Shown here piece by piece: positions 27,701 through 41,724 of a stretch of DNA of 64,000 nucleotides. This stretch comes from Octopus vulgaris (Eukaryota), in NCBI GenBank assembly GCA_951406725.2, contig OX597815.1, positions 143,530,001 to 143,594,000 on the forward strand, given 5' to 3'. How positions within the stretch are numbered: position 1 is the first letter of the stretch; every line of letters begins with the position of its first letter. The position numbers and the translations under genes are program-made. Below the pieces are notes generated by a model. That model did not search any database. It saw only the letters and a list, made by a program, of their open reading frames with translations, and was not told the DNA's origin.

Positions 27701-28546
27701 CTTTCAACCATCACATGTTGTTTAAAAACTAAATTATAAAGCAAATTTCTTACATAATTAGAAAATAAAATCAATTTTGAAATTATCTAATATTAAAAAG
27801 ACATTTCTGGAATGTAATGTTTTGCTTAGTTTAAAGATGAAGCTGATTATTTAGAAGCTATCAGCTTCTTTTATATGGCCTTCTGAGCATTGCAAGGAAT
27901 TTATTTTACTGGTGCTCAGAATGCTGACTAACTACATTTGTGAGCATGCATGTACATGCATGTGTGCATGTACATGCATGTGTGCATGTACATGCATTAG
28001 TACAATATAAAGATTCTAAATGTTTAGGTCACTATCAATTCCTCCTTTCAGTTATCTTTTAAATGACAATATATCCAGTATTTTGTCAGTGTATCAAAAT
28101 ACAATTTTCTCTCTGGATGTATTTTTATTTTATGTTATCATCTTCTACATTATTAGCCTTGCAAGGTATGAGGTGATCATAACTACTACCGGTGCCATGA
28201 AAATAGCACTCTGCATACTCAGTAAAATGGTTGGCATTAGGAAAGGTATCCAGCCACAGAAATCATGCCAAAGAAGACATTTGTGCATAATGAAGTCCTC
28301 TAACTTATCAGACACCTATCAAACCGTCCAATTATTGGTTTCAAATTATCGCACAAGGCCAGCAATTTGAGGGAGGAGTAAGTCGAATACATCGACCCCA
28401 GTGCTCAACTGGTACTTACTTTATCAATCCTAAAAGAATGAAAGGCAAAGTGAACCCTAACAGTATTCGAACTCAGAATGTAAAGTTGGAAGAAATATCG
28501 CTAAACATTCTGTCCAGCACAGTGAAGATTCAGCCAGCTCGCCACC

Positions 28547-28777
28547 TTAACCCTTTCAGTACCAAACTGGCTGAAACTGGCTCTGGCTCTGTAGTACAAA
28601 TGTCTTGTTTTCATAAGTTTTGAATTAAAATCTTCAACCAAACCTTAGTCACAATTTATGTTCCTAACACTAGCTTAATTTTAAACTAAGTTATTTTACC
28701 AAATTCTGTGTTATATTTAGAGTTAATTGAAAGAAACCTAGAGCGTCGCAAAATAAATATGGTAATGAAAAGGTTAA
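28547..28777. mobile_element. TTAA-flanked MITE of a different family
   Basis: ttaaccctttcagtacca ... tggtaatgaaaaggttaa. Confidence 0.7.
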
Positions 28778-30307
28778 CCCATCCAATTATTGCCAGCATG
28801 GAAGCTAGACATTAAATGATGATGATTATGGTATGTATGAGTGAGTGTGTGTTTAGAAACTATAAAAACAAAATATAAAAGTGTGAGAGAAAAGAGCAGG
28901 AGCGAGTGTGAGGTGTGACTGGAAGCTGAGTGTGAAAGATGTAACTTGAGAGAAGAGAGAAAGAAGGAGAGAAGAGAGAAAGGAGAGAGAGAGAGTGTGT
29001 GAGAGTAATTTTATATAATGTATTGTTGAAACAAAAAGTTCATCAGTAGTTATAGATTTCCAACTGGTCCATTATATTTACAGTGGTGAGAGTAACAAAA
29101 GGGTGTTTGTATAACTCTGGAAAACTCAATACCACAAGGTATTTTTGCCCAAGTGCACTGATTTGTCAGGATTTTTTTTTTTTTTTTTTTCAGTATTTAA
29201 CTTATGTGTACATCTTTCAAAGATTTGCATCAATGAAAGATATACATATGTGTACACAAACATATACATTTATGTGTGTGTGAACATATATGCATAGATG
29301 GATGTACGTAGGTATGTTTGCATGTATAATATGCCACCCCTTTACATAGTTTCAGCCATCTTGAGGCTATGGGAGACCAATGTGGTTGCAAAACAAACTT
29401 CTAAACCATAAAGCCATACCTGGTTAATAGCACATCATATACTGACATGGAGATGCAGAGAGAGAGAGAGAGAGAATGAGGGAGAGAGAGAGAGAAAGTG
29501 AGGGAGAGAGAGACAGACGGACAGACAGACAATGATTTGTTTTAGAAAGTAATCCAAAATGGAAATTTTTCAAGAAAAATCAATATATTCATTCATTCAT
29601 TTATGTCTGTCTCCCAACCAGATGCCTTCCCTGTCGCCAACCTTTACTTGTTTTTCAAGTAACAGAGATTTCATTCCACCAATATTCAAAAGCACAGAGC
29701 TACTGGACAATTTGCTGAGAAAGAAATGGCAAAAAATGTCACCAATTTTTCAGAGAATGTACACTTTCACATAGATACACACATAAATATACATACAGAC
29801 ATACATATTTTTATACATACACACACACACACACACACATTTACATACAAGATGGGATTCATAGAAGATTCGTACACAGGGTATGGATTGCCTCTAGGTC
29901 AATTCTAGAAAACTTAGTTGATAATTTAACATATCTGATATGATACTTATTTTTATATATTAAAATTCTAGAGTAGGAGCAAGTAGCCCAAAATATTAAA
30001 AAAACAAATTAGTAACACATAATTCTGCAAAGTGGCATAATTGGCAACTTCTAGCCTAATCTGATAACTTTGCATTACAAAAAGAAAGAGACAAGGATAT
30101 ATGTACTGAGCAATGGCACACTGTATCACAGGATCAAATAGAAAGAACACACATATTACATGAACCATCAGCAAGAGAAGAAAGCACAATTTGATCGTTT
30201 GTTTGCTGTAACTTGTGTTTTTATGCTATGTTACAGTTATAACCACATTTTAATGTGTATATGTATATACGTATATATGTGTGTATGTGTGTGTGTGTGT
30301 CTGTATC

Positions 30308-30358
<51 letters not shown>

Positions 30359-30699
30359 TAAGATAAAGGAAATATAATATTGGTCCATTATTGAATTATT
30401 GACTGAGGTCATGTTTGACCCATATGTGTTCATGTGTGCATATGTGTGTGCATGTACATGTATCTATGTGGTGAGTTTCACAAGAAAAATGTACAAATCC
30501 CAAATGAACTAAAACATTCAATCCAGAAATAAACACATGAATGGACAGATTGCTTAATTCTCAGAAAATTCTAGAGAGAAAAAAACATAAAAAGGCAGAG
30601 GGAAGGGGGCAAAGAAAGGGGTTGAAACAAACAGACAAACAGACAGACATGTGAAAATATAGGGGGGAAAAAATATAAACAAATAGATATACAGATAGA

Positions 30700-30885
30700 G
30701 AGACAGACAGAAGATAAAGAGATAGAGACACAGACATACATACACAGATAGACAGTTAGACAGACAGACAGAAGATAAAGAGATAGAGACACAGACATAC
30801 ATACATACACAGATAGACAGTTAGACAGAAGATAAAGAGATAGAGACACAGACATACATACACAGATAGACAGTTAGACAGACAG
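30700..30885. repeat. Three ~55-60-bp tandem copies within a GACA/GATA-rich tract
   Basis: gacagaagataaagagatagagacacagacatacatacacagatagacagttag occurs three times. Confidence 0.8.
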
Positions 30886-31197
30886 ACAATCAGACAGACT
30901 GAAAGACAGACATGAAAATATAGAAATATAGATGGATAGATAGAGAGACAGAGAAAAGGTAAAAGAGATAGATATACATCAGACACAGATAGAAACATAA
31001 GAAATACATCAGACACAGATAGAAACATAGACAAACAGAAAGACAGATAGATAGAACTCAGCCAGAAAAATGGATACATATCAGAATGGGAGGGAGTAAC
31101 AAATATTTACATATATAACAGAGAGAGAGTAACAATAAGACTCACACACATGTATATATATAAGAAAAACATAAAGAGATAGCTTTTAGTTACTTAC

Positions 31198-31338
31198 CGA
31201 TAAACTATCAGAATCTTTGGTAATTTTCCACCAGCGTAATTCGTCGAGTCGGTCAAAGACATCCTCAACATGAGTGTTCAATTCCCCGGCGTATTTAACA
31301 GCTAAGGCCATAAGACTACTCCGTGTACATGACTGGTC
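31198..31338 (-). CDS. Internal exon D (DQSCTRSSLMALAVKYAGELNTHVEDVFDRLDELRWWKITKDSDSLS)
   Basis: Acceptor ttttgtctatctgcag|GAC, consensus donor TCG|gtaagt. 141 bp, phase 0-0, the other two frames have early stops, CpG-rich, protein-like composition. Confidence 0.85.
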
Positions 31339-34312
31339 CTGCAGATAGACAAAACAACGATTATAAGCACTCAGAAACACATATTGGTTTGGCAAAGTGG
31401 TGGGAGATAAAATGTACACATGAGATTGTATTAATCAGTGGAGGGTTTAATATATCATCGTTATCATTTAAAGTCCATTTTCAATGTTGGCATGGGTTGA
31501 ATGGTTCAACAGGAGCTTATGAGCCAAAGGACAAAACCAAGCTCCATTAGCTGCTTTAGCATGGTTTCTATGGCCGGATGCCCTTCCAAATGCCATTCAC
31601 TTTACAGAGTGTACTGGGTGCATTTTACATGGCTTGGCACAAGTAAGGTTGCCAACTAACTCGCAAGACAAAACTCCTTAATTGAAGAGGGGAGAATAGC
31701 ATTGAAGATATCAGGAAATGTAGTCTCAATAGCAGCTGGTATTGAATCAACTGCTTTGTAGTGTACAACTAAAAGAAGTGGTGGAGGAGGGAGGGCTTGG
31801 GTAAACTAAGGAGTCTCTATGTAGTCATTCAATCTGCTTGATCAAACTGTCAAACAACCCTCAACTCAAACCAATTTATGTAATGATTTCAAATTTTGGA
31901 ACAAGGCCAGCGAATTTTAAGGGAGGTGGGGTAAGTTGTTTACATTGACCCTTGTTTTACATTGGTACTTCTTTTAACAACTCTGAAAGGATTATAGGCA
32001 AAGTCAACCTTGATGGAATATGAACCCAGAACGTAAGGCAGGAAGAAATGCTACAAAGCATCTTGTCAGCTCATTGCCTTAAACCAAACTATGCAATGAA
32101 ATGGAAGATCCAATGAACAATGTAGTCATATGTCTGTATAAAATACAGGATGGTCATAACTGGAATATCTTTGATGACAGGCCTGTTAAATCAATTTCAG
32201 CCTGGAACTAAATAACAACTAGGATTTTAATTCCCCAAACTGTAGACTTTCAACAGTTATAGAATGTAAGATATCACATATGAGTGTGACATCAGTAATT
32301 ATTCTAATTTGTTAATTACCTTTCAGCAATTACATACCCTGCTGTCTAATAAACATGTCATTAACTATACAACGAGGGGAATATTTAGGGTGTTTAGGTG
32401 TTTAATGGAACAGGGTTTTAATAGCAGCATGTGTGAGCTTGTGCACCACAGTAGGGTGTATAGTTGCAGATTTTAAAGATATCAATAGAAAAAGAAGTGG
32501 TGTGTGTATGATGTTTACTTTGTTTGAATAATTATATTACTGTAATCACACTAACATATTGCATTAATTAATGTCAATTAAATCTATGTTTAATAACTGA
32601 TATGTATTAATTGTTATAACTGTTTTTATTTTGCTGGCACAACATTCAATGTACCCCACTGGTATAATGATATAATCACATTATCGTTGTCGCTGTTATC
32701 ATCTTGTACCCATTAGTTCCTATTAAAATGGCTATCTTCCTAAATGTCTGAATCCTGCACCAAAAATTGCAAAAACAAAGTCCTTCATCTAATCACTTCC
32801 TCCCTGGTCCCTGTACTGTGTCGCAGTTATAATTAGATTCCATTGCAACTTCATCCCAACACCCCTATGTTGTGGTCTCAATTACAGAGCCCTTCAATCA
32901 TCACATCATCACAAGAAATGCACTTTATCTTCCACCATCACCACATGGAAGTTTTCCACTTAGCATCTCTCATCCATCCACATTTACACTAGATACATCA
33001 TCACAGTAATTTTCTCTCCCCCACAAAGGAAAAAAAAAAACATCAAATAAATTTACAAGGCTTCTCTTCATCAGTGGTTTAAATAGCCCAATCGCAATCT
33101 CTTTCTCTACACTCTTCGAGTCTGTCTTTCTCATGCTAACATAACATATCCAAAATGACAATAAACCCGAGCTAAACTAAATAAAATTTGATTTGAAAAT
33201 AGTTATCAAGGCTGAGAAACAGTGTTGAATATGAGGCCATATTTAAAAAGAACAATAAGATAGAGAGCGAGAAAATATTGAAATTTTTGCTATTTACGTG
33301 TCTAAAGTAACACTTAAAATTTTATCCAGCAAAAGATCACAAAAGAAAAACCATTTGTGTTGTTATGGTTACACGTTTTTTATTTGTGCTTTTCATTTAT
33401 TACTTAGTTATATTTTGCATAATGAGGCATCACCAATGTGATTTCACAACATATTAAGTCAATCAATGGAAAACCTAATAAAATCGATATGAAGCATAAT
33501 TAAGTTAATTAAGTCACAACAGGCATGGCTTCTATTGTAAAAATTATAACACTAATGGTATTTCATACATAAAATTACACTAATGGTCTTTCATACATAA
33601 TATTACACCAATCCTAATTTTAAAACCGAACAAAAACGTTATTATTTTACACACGTAAACAGCAGAAAAAATAAATGTACAAACATTTATTTTCTAAAAT
33701 TGAAAAGATGATTTTAAAAATTCATTTCTTACACATATAAGTTAAAGTGTGAATCTGTGAAATTCATGCCTTTCTAACCATAAGGTTTGCATAATCATGC
33801 ATGAAAACATCTTGTGGTTAGTTACAGAGTTGTAACTGAGATGATGAGAGGTTCATACATTCTAATAAAAATTTATTAATGAGATGTAAAGAATATCTGA
33901 GACAAAACCCAAAACCAAAACTACACTGAATTCAACAATTGAGGAGTAAAGAGACCCTAGTATATCACAGAGTATTTATCATTGACCTTGACATATCAAA
34001 GTGACTTGTGAAAGTGTAGTACAATGGTTTTGCTATGGAATGGTGAAACTATTTTTTCCTTTTCTGAAAAAAGCAATGTTTTGAACTTATGAAACTTTTA
34101 CATAATAGCAACAATATATATACTATAATAATAATCAAAGCGTATTATATATCCATTACGGTCAAAATTACCTATTGGTTTCACACTAGAGATTCAATGG
34201 AGTGTTAGGTAACAATCTGATTTATGCAACCCTGTGCTCTTCAGAGGTAGCCATTATGGAATGAAATATGGCAGCTACTCTCTATTGTTGATGTGTATGT
34301 GTGTAAAATATA

Positions 34313-34358
<46 letters not shown>

Positions 34359-34390
34359 TATATTTTACACACATACACATCAACAATAGA

Positions 34391-34440
<50 letters not shown>

Positions 34441-35858
34441 TTTTTAACACATTTTAGCATTAAACTGAAGAATTACTGAATAAATTTTTGTGGAATACAC
34501 ATTTATTATACTTTAACAAGAAGAATAGTGACAATGACTACAGTGTTTCCAACTGTACTCTACACTTACATACTGAATTTTGTAATTTATTGCTTTTCAG
34601 TAAATCAGCAGAGATGGATGGATGCATGGATGGAGGGATGGAAGTCAATTTGTCAGTGATGGTTATGATCGGCCAACTGGTAGACAGTCATCAAGCATAT
34701 ATGTATGCATATAACCCCTCAAGGCTTTAAAGGACAATTATTAACCCATAGTTTCATGGGTTTAACTGGATTAGGGTTAAATTTCCCTTGGGATCTTGAG
34801 TCAAATCCTGTGTTAATCAAGTGAACTGGTGTCATAAAGAACAATGAGTTCAACCCAAGAAACACAATGAAATCTCAGCAGTAGATTTGAACCTGCGATC
34901 TACAATTTGAAAATCTAACATCCAAGCAATTCAATAGTCCCATCTCTACATGCAGAAGCTACATACATCATCCCTTGCTGAACAGAGAAATAGTTTTCTG
35001 TAGAGTGTTAGTGTTATGCAGAAGGGGCTGTGGGAAGTCAATGCAGAAGAATATAAGCAGCTCTTGGAGAGTCAAAAACAATGACAAGAACAACAGCAAC
35101 AACAACTTGGCACTGGCTCTAATTAAATATCCAAGTCTGCTTAATGTAGTTTCGGAAATGTTAAGAGAATAAAAGGCAATGCCTACATCTATCTACAAGT
35201 GGATCTCATTTTACAAAAGAACACAAAAAGGGAGAGAATGAGTGGGAGGGGAGAGAGAGAAAAAAGTCATGTTGATGAAGATAGGGAAAGAATGTACATT
35301 GAAGAGGGAGACACAGAAATAGTAGCCGTACAACCAGGAAAGTGTTAATGAAGAGAAACAGGCAAACACTGCAATGATCTTATAATTTACAACATAAATT
35401 TATTGAAAGAAAAATAATTAAACTTTAATGGTAGTTAAGCAAAACAACTTGCTTCTGTGTTTATCTACACAAATTCAACCATAACATTTTTTCTTCAAAG
35501 TGAAAGTCCATGTATATGCATTTAACTTAATGTTGTTCTGGTTGCTGCTGTTGTAGTCGTTGTGGTTGTTGTTAGCAATAGTGTTATGGCTGCTGTTGTT
35601 ATTTTTTGTTAGATATATTTGGTTATTATTTTCAGCTCCCTAAAGGCCACATTATGAATCCCCAGCAATCAGTTAATGGATTACAGTAAAGTTTGTGATA
35701 ATGAGAATTCCATACATAATTGATTACACAGATTCTGGTTAGGAGCACTCCACACCCAACCCTTACATTCACACACATACTTACTTCATATAACACACAT
35801 ATATGTGTGTATATATATATATATATATACATACACACACACACACACACATATATAC

Positions 35859-35895
<37 letters not shown>

Positions 35896-36453
35896 CATAC
35901 ATATATACATACATATATACATATATATATGCATATATATACATACATGAATATATGTATACATACATATATATATATATATGTATGTATGTATGTATAT
36001 ATGTACACATGTATGTATGTGTGAGTGTGGAAGGGAGAGAGAAGGAGACAGAGAGATGCATATACATATTTACACATACCTACATATAGCTATGCATATA
36101 TTTTGATAGCTACAGACATACACATGCACTCAATGTGCAGATAACATGCATATGTCTAAATATGTGTGTGTGTATACATTTTATATATATATATATGTGC
36201 ACTTACATAAAAGCATACACATGTATATAAAAACATATGCACACTCACAAGTATACATATACAGTATAAACACACACATACATCTAAATACATATGAAGA
36301 TGATACATGCATTAACATAGACTTATAACAAATTTATCATATATGATATATAGCTATACGCACACAGATTCATGATACAAGGAAAGATACATACACACAT
36401 ACAGAGGTATGTTTGTGTGTGTGTGTATGTGTGCATAAACATATATAAAGAAC

Positions 36454-36498
<45 letters not shown>

Positions 36499-36904
36499 GT
36501 ATATATATATATATCAGATATCGTTATCTCTTCCTCTCTCCCTGGTTACGCCCTCTCTGTTCCTTACTACCTCAACTCTCCACTTCCCCTCTCCCCTTAC
36601 TATCAATATTGTTCCTTGTTTGGGTTTGTTAAACAATGATTGGAAGTCAGTCACAGTATGATGATATAAGGTGTGATGCTGATGCCGGTGATAGTAATCG
36701 TAGTTTGAAATACAAGTAATATACAAATATGTGTGTGCATGCTTATAAACACACATACACACACACACACACGTACATAATGTGTTTAAGTAAGCCTAAT
36801 TATTTCCTCATATCTAATAATAATGTGTGGTTAACATTGGTGAAGCTGATATATATATATATATATATATAAGGAAGGGGAGAGGATAAGGAAGTGCAAC
36901 TAAC

Positions 36905-37010
36905 CCCACTACGAGAGAGTACAGCATGTGGTTTTTCAGTTTTATCATATCGTGCATTGTAACCTTCAGGAGGTAAACAACAGGCACTATTGCGGTTGCA
37001 CGAAACAAAG
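36905..37010 (-). CDS. Candidate internal exon C (FVSCNRNSACCLPPEGYNARYDKTEKPHAVLSRSG)
   Basis: Acceptor aatttctttacag|C, donor GGG|gttagt. 106 bp, phase 2 to 0, open frame joining exon D. CpGs retained in a CpG-poor background. Confidence 0.6.
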
Positions 37011-37038
37011 CTGTAAAGAAATTAATAGCAACACCAGA

Positions 37039-37090
<52 letters not shown>

Positions 37091-37241
37091 TGTAAAAATT
37101 GTTATGTATTGAGTTTTTTCTCTCTTTCTTTGAAGTAGTGATAGCTGGTACACTCTGAAATTGTGATAAATATTCCATATTTTCTTTATGGTGTGTATTT
37201 GATGCTGCTCTTCCTGTTTGTTTAACTCACATACTACTGAC

Positions 37242-37296
37242 TTGGGGTTGAGTTGTTGCACACAATCTCTGCGATCAAATATCTCACTTACATGAA
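37242..37296 (-). CDS. Candidate internal exon B ((V)HVSEIFDRRDCVQQLNP(N))
   Basis: Acceptor caattttag|TT, donor CCAA|gtcagt (55 bp, phase 1 to 2). Phases fit exon A upstream and exon C downstream. An alternative gtgagt donor would end the exon at 37231. Confidence 0.5.
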
Positions 37297-37474
37297 CTAA
37301 AATTGTACCAATGTATGTATATGTATATATATATATGTATATGTAAAAAAATACAAACTGGGACAAGAACGCAAAACATTTAGAAGACGATACAAAAAAC
37401 ACGGGCGGGACATTCGAAGCCTTCAATCTTCAGTCAAGAACCAGATCATCCTCGCAATTTCGGCTGATTAATCT

Positions 37475-37504
<30 letters not shown>

Positions 37505-37505
<1 letters not shown>

Positions 37506-37737
37506 TGTGGTTGTGGGGTAAGAAGTTTTCTTTTTAACCACATGGTTCTGGATTCAGTCTCACTGCGTGGCACCTTAGGCAAATGTTTTCTCCTAGAGCC
37601 TTTCCGTCCACCAAATCCACTCACAAGGCTTTGGTCGGCCCAAGTCTATAGTAGAAGACATTTGCCCAAGGTGCCATGAAGTGAGACTGAACCCAGAACC
37701 ATGTGGTTGGGAAGCAAGTTTCTTACCACACAGCCAC
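37505..37737. mobile_element. Two family-2 SINE heads in inverted orientation
   Basis: 37505-37590 (+) and 37600-37737 (-) are reverse complements over about 85 bp. Confidence 0.85.
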
Positions 37738-37757
37738 ATCATCATCATCATTTAATG

Positions 37758-37809
<52 letters not shown>

Positions 37810-37849
37810 TATACTATATCATCATTATCATCACCATCTTCATGGGACT

Positions 37850-38335
37850 GGCATCTGCAGTTAATTCCAAACATTCTGGCACTCTGGTAGTCAGTAATTG
37901 CTACTGAGAGCTGCCCTCCACCAAATGCAGAAGGACCACAGTGTTGAGATCTGCCCAGTCTTTGATGTTATTGGTCCAGGACTTCTTTATCTGCTTCTCC
38001 TTTGTCATCCTTCAACTGTACTAGGAAAAATGTTTTGGACAAAGTTGCAAAGGATTACCTGGCCATGCCCAGCAAGTTTTCAGTTTTTCACAGTACCAAA
38101 GCAAAGTTGCTAGTTGTCTGGTACTCTATGGATGACATTCATTGCAGCCTTATAAAGATCAAATGTTTAGATTCTTTTTTTCCATGTAAGCTGTGTGAAT
38201 ATCCAGCTTTTATATCAGTACATAAAGATGGAGATTGCTACAGACTTGTACAGTTTGAGCTTCATGAGAAAACTGATGGAAATGCTTATCCATGTGGTGT
38301 TAATCTTCTTCACGACAGTTAAGGCCAGGGCAAAT
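37850..38335 (-). mobile_element. Decayed LINE 3' fragment of a second RTE-like lineage
   Basis: Reverse strand gives a broken KT...TVEG..RR.R..KSWTNNIKDW motif. Confidence 0.6.
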
Positions 38336-39669
38336 TTTGATTTTATCAATTAATAAATGATAAAAGAACAGGAGAAGCATAATCACTTTTCAATTGCTTC
38401 ATACATGTTGTACGTTTCATTTAAATGGCTTAAGGAAGTTAACAGATGTCACGCAAGCACTCAGCTCTGAACCCAAGCTTCTTATAGCAGAAACGACTGT
38501 AAGCTAATGAAAGTAATTATGTAACTTTTGTTCTTTGTCATTCATAATGTGTTTTGTGTGTGTGTGTGTGTGTATATTATATACATATGTCCAACACATG
38601 TCAGCATTGGAAGATGGAAGTTAAATGATGATGATGATGATGATGATGATGTGTGTTTAATTAATACATATTTAGTTTGCTGTGGTAAACAGAACAAAAT
38701 GCTGAAAGAAGACTAATACATTTGGTAAAGAATTTTTTTTCCCATTTGAAGTTGAAGTTGCTTTATAACTCAGAGTGTCTCACTATGTATAATACTTCAA
38801 GCTGTCTAATGATGAATTAGTTTCCAATTATGTTTATCTGACATAATTTTACACACACACACACATACACATACACACACACACAGATACACACACACAC
38901 ATATATACATACATTGAAAGAAATCGAGTGTGGTAGGAGCAGGGGCGAGGAGGAGGAGGATGAGGAGGGTAGTACAACAGAATGAAATTTGCATGAATTG
39001 AGAAGTCAGTGAGAACAATCTGTCAAAATACATATTGTTTAGAAGAATTGGTGTCATGGCTAAAGTTGACCTTAAACTAGAGGAGGGAGGACAAGTTGAC
39101 CCTTAATAATCAACATTGGTAAACCGTTGACAGAGCAGATTGAGAAGAGGTAATTCCAAAGACTAGAATGTATCTCTCCAACTACAATCACTCCCACCAC
39201 CACCACCGCCGCCACCACCACCACCGCCGCCACCGCCACCCTTCGCTGTGGGGAAGGGTAATGGCGGTGGTGGTGGTGGTGGTGGTGTCAGGGTGGCAGC
39301 AGGATGCAGCAGACACTGTGCTATTGTGGTGCTGCTTTCCCTACCAGAATGGATCAATACACACACACACACATCCTCAAACACAATCAGAATCAATCAA
39401 TAGTGGTGTTCACCTCCAGCAGCACCATTACCAGAATCTCTCTCTCTCTCGCACTCTACTTCTTTTAACCCCTCTCCACTTCGGTACAGAGGAGAGAACC
39501 TTCCCCTTTTCCATCACTACTATACAGTAGGTCACAACCACCCTTCCATCACTGCTATGCAGGAGAACACTATTTTTGTTGACTGTCTTGCTACCAGACT
39601 TTTGTGTGCTGTCTACATCAGACATGCGGTGATAGCCACAAGGATCGCTTATATCATTGCACAAACATT

Positions 39670-39716
<47 letters not shown>

Positions 39717-40471
39717 ATACATACATACATATATATATACACACATTGTACACATGTTGACCAACATACATGACACTAGCCAGCCATGAGGTTGACCCCT
39801 TACATCATGACAGAAAAACAAAAATATAAAACTAAGGCAAGTAACAGAATATATGTAATTAGATAAAGGTTGTGATGAGAGTTGTCATAAGAGGTTACTT
39901 TCCTTAATTAGGTCACCGAGAGACAATTACAACCAGCTTGGTACTGACATGTCATAGTGTCCTTATTGTTATGTCTTTCACTGTCACCACATCTCAGTAT
40001 TGTCCAAAGGGAAGGTCCTTGTGCTTTAGAATATGATACAACATACATCTGTTAAAATCCCAAGACAGACCAGAATGCATATGACTATAATCAGAATGCA
40101 TATGACTATAATCAGAGATGCTCCAGCCATGACCACCTCATCTTTGTTTTTATATAAAAGATTACATAAACCAGTTTTTCTTTTTTTTGAGAAGAATGGC
40201 TGCAGGCACACTCATTATTAAGAACTTGTCTTTGAAATTGCATGATCTTAAGTTTTAATCTCACTGTACAACATCTTAAACAAGTGTCTTCTCCCATATT
40301 CTTAGATCAGGCAAAGCCTTAAGAATGATTTTTTGCCTACATCAGATGTGGAGTGATAGCTACAAGGATTGTATATATCATTTATTAAGTAATCATTGTT
40401 CTCTTTCCTGTTAGTCAAGCTTCAATGTTAGGCTATATAAGTATATATATATACCTCACCAATGTAATTAC

Positions 40472-40823
40472 ACATATGCTGTTGGTGATTTCTTTCTCTT
40501 TGGACTTTTCCTTTTCTCATTTCCAATGAAGAGTTATGCTCGAAACGTCAAACTCTCTCTTTTCACTAAACTTCAAGCTAACACATTTCTTGGTGTCTAT
40601 TAATTTTACTTGTTTATTTGAATTGATTGTTCTTTGAATTAACCATATATATATATATATATATGCAAGAACATGGTAAATGTAAAGTATTAGCAGACAC
40701 TCAAGGAAAGAAAGAAAAGTGGTTTTATGTTTCAAGCAAAGCTCTTCTTCAGAAACAGGAGAGAGAGGAAAGTCCAATAGAAAAGGAAGATGGAAGAAAA
40801 AACATCGCCAACAATTCATATGT
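40472..40823. repeat. Inverted-repeat element with degenerate hammerhead ribozyme motifs (Penelope-type)
   Basis: Arms flank a (TA)n. Plus arm ccaatga-agagttatgctc-gaaac-gtc (40523-40549); minus arm ctgaaga-agagctttgctt-gaaac-ata (40752-40726). Confidence 0.6.
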
Positions 40824-40843
40824 GGTTATATATATATATATAT

Positions 40844-40888
<45 letters not shown>

Positions 40889-41724
40889 GACACATACATA
40901 TATATATATACATATACACATATATGTATATATACACATACATATATACATATACATGTACATATACACACATTGTCTGGGAGCAGAAAATACAAATAAT
41001 TCCATTGTTGTGAGACTGTTGCTAAACACCAACATAACTTGGATACATTGTAGGACTGTTCCTATACATTGGGCCTATAAATCAAGCCCTTTGGATTACC
41101 AAAAGCTTATTGATATTGAATGAATATTGCAACAGAGAGAATATGACCATATTTGCAGAGTGCTTTGACATAGACTCACATGGCATTGGAGCTGTCTGAG
41201 ACCTTTGACATGCCTCATAGATCACATGACACAAGAGCTGTTGGAAAGCTTTGATTTGTTTCAGGAGTCACATGACACGAGTTGAACTTTAAATGAGTGT
41301 AAGTATAAATGATGAAAGAATGAGTGAGAAGGGCTAAGTATCCTGAAAACCATCAGTTATGACGTGAACACTAACAAGAACATCTGTGATTATTATAATT
41401 CATTGAGGAAACCAAACTATTGTCCAAGACATTCTAACTATGACGATCACATCTTACTTCCATGTGTAGTGTATTTATGACTACATTATTCAATATAGCT
41501 TCCTGTGTTTCAAGATGACAAGCTGTGATCTTTGACTTGGCAGCTATTTCTAGCAGGCCAAACAGCAATGTAAAGGCTCTTTTCTAGTCCAGCTGCATTC
41601 TGGTAATTATTGGCACTAGGTACAACACTGACATTAACCTCAAAGCAATTGCGCCATATATGTTATGTTAATATCCAGTCCAATGCAGCATGTAAAACAG
41701 ATGTTAAATGACGATGATGACAAT

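Noticed and set aside
31198-31338. Assigning exon D to START/SRPBCC, glycosyltransferase-92 or TGF-beta families
   Set aside because: Only loose pattern resemblance; diagnostic motifs are missing from the neighbouring exons, so no gene symbol is given.
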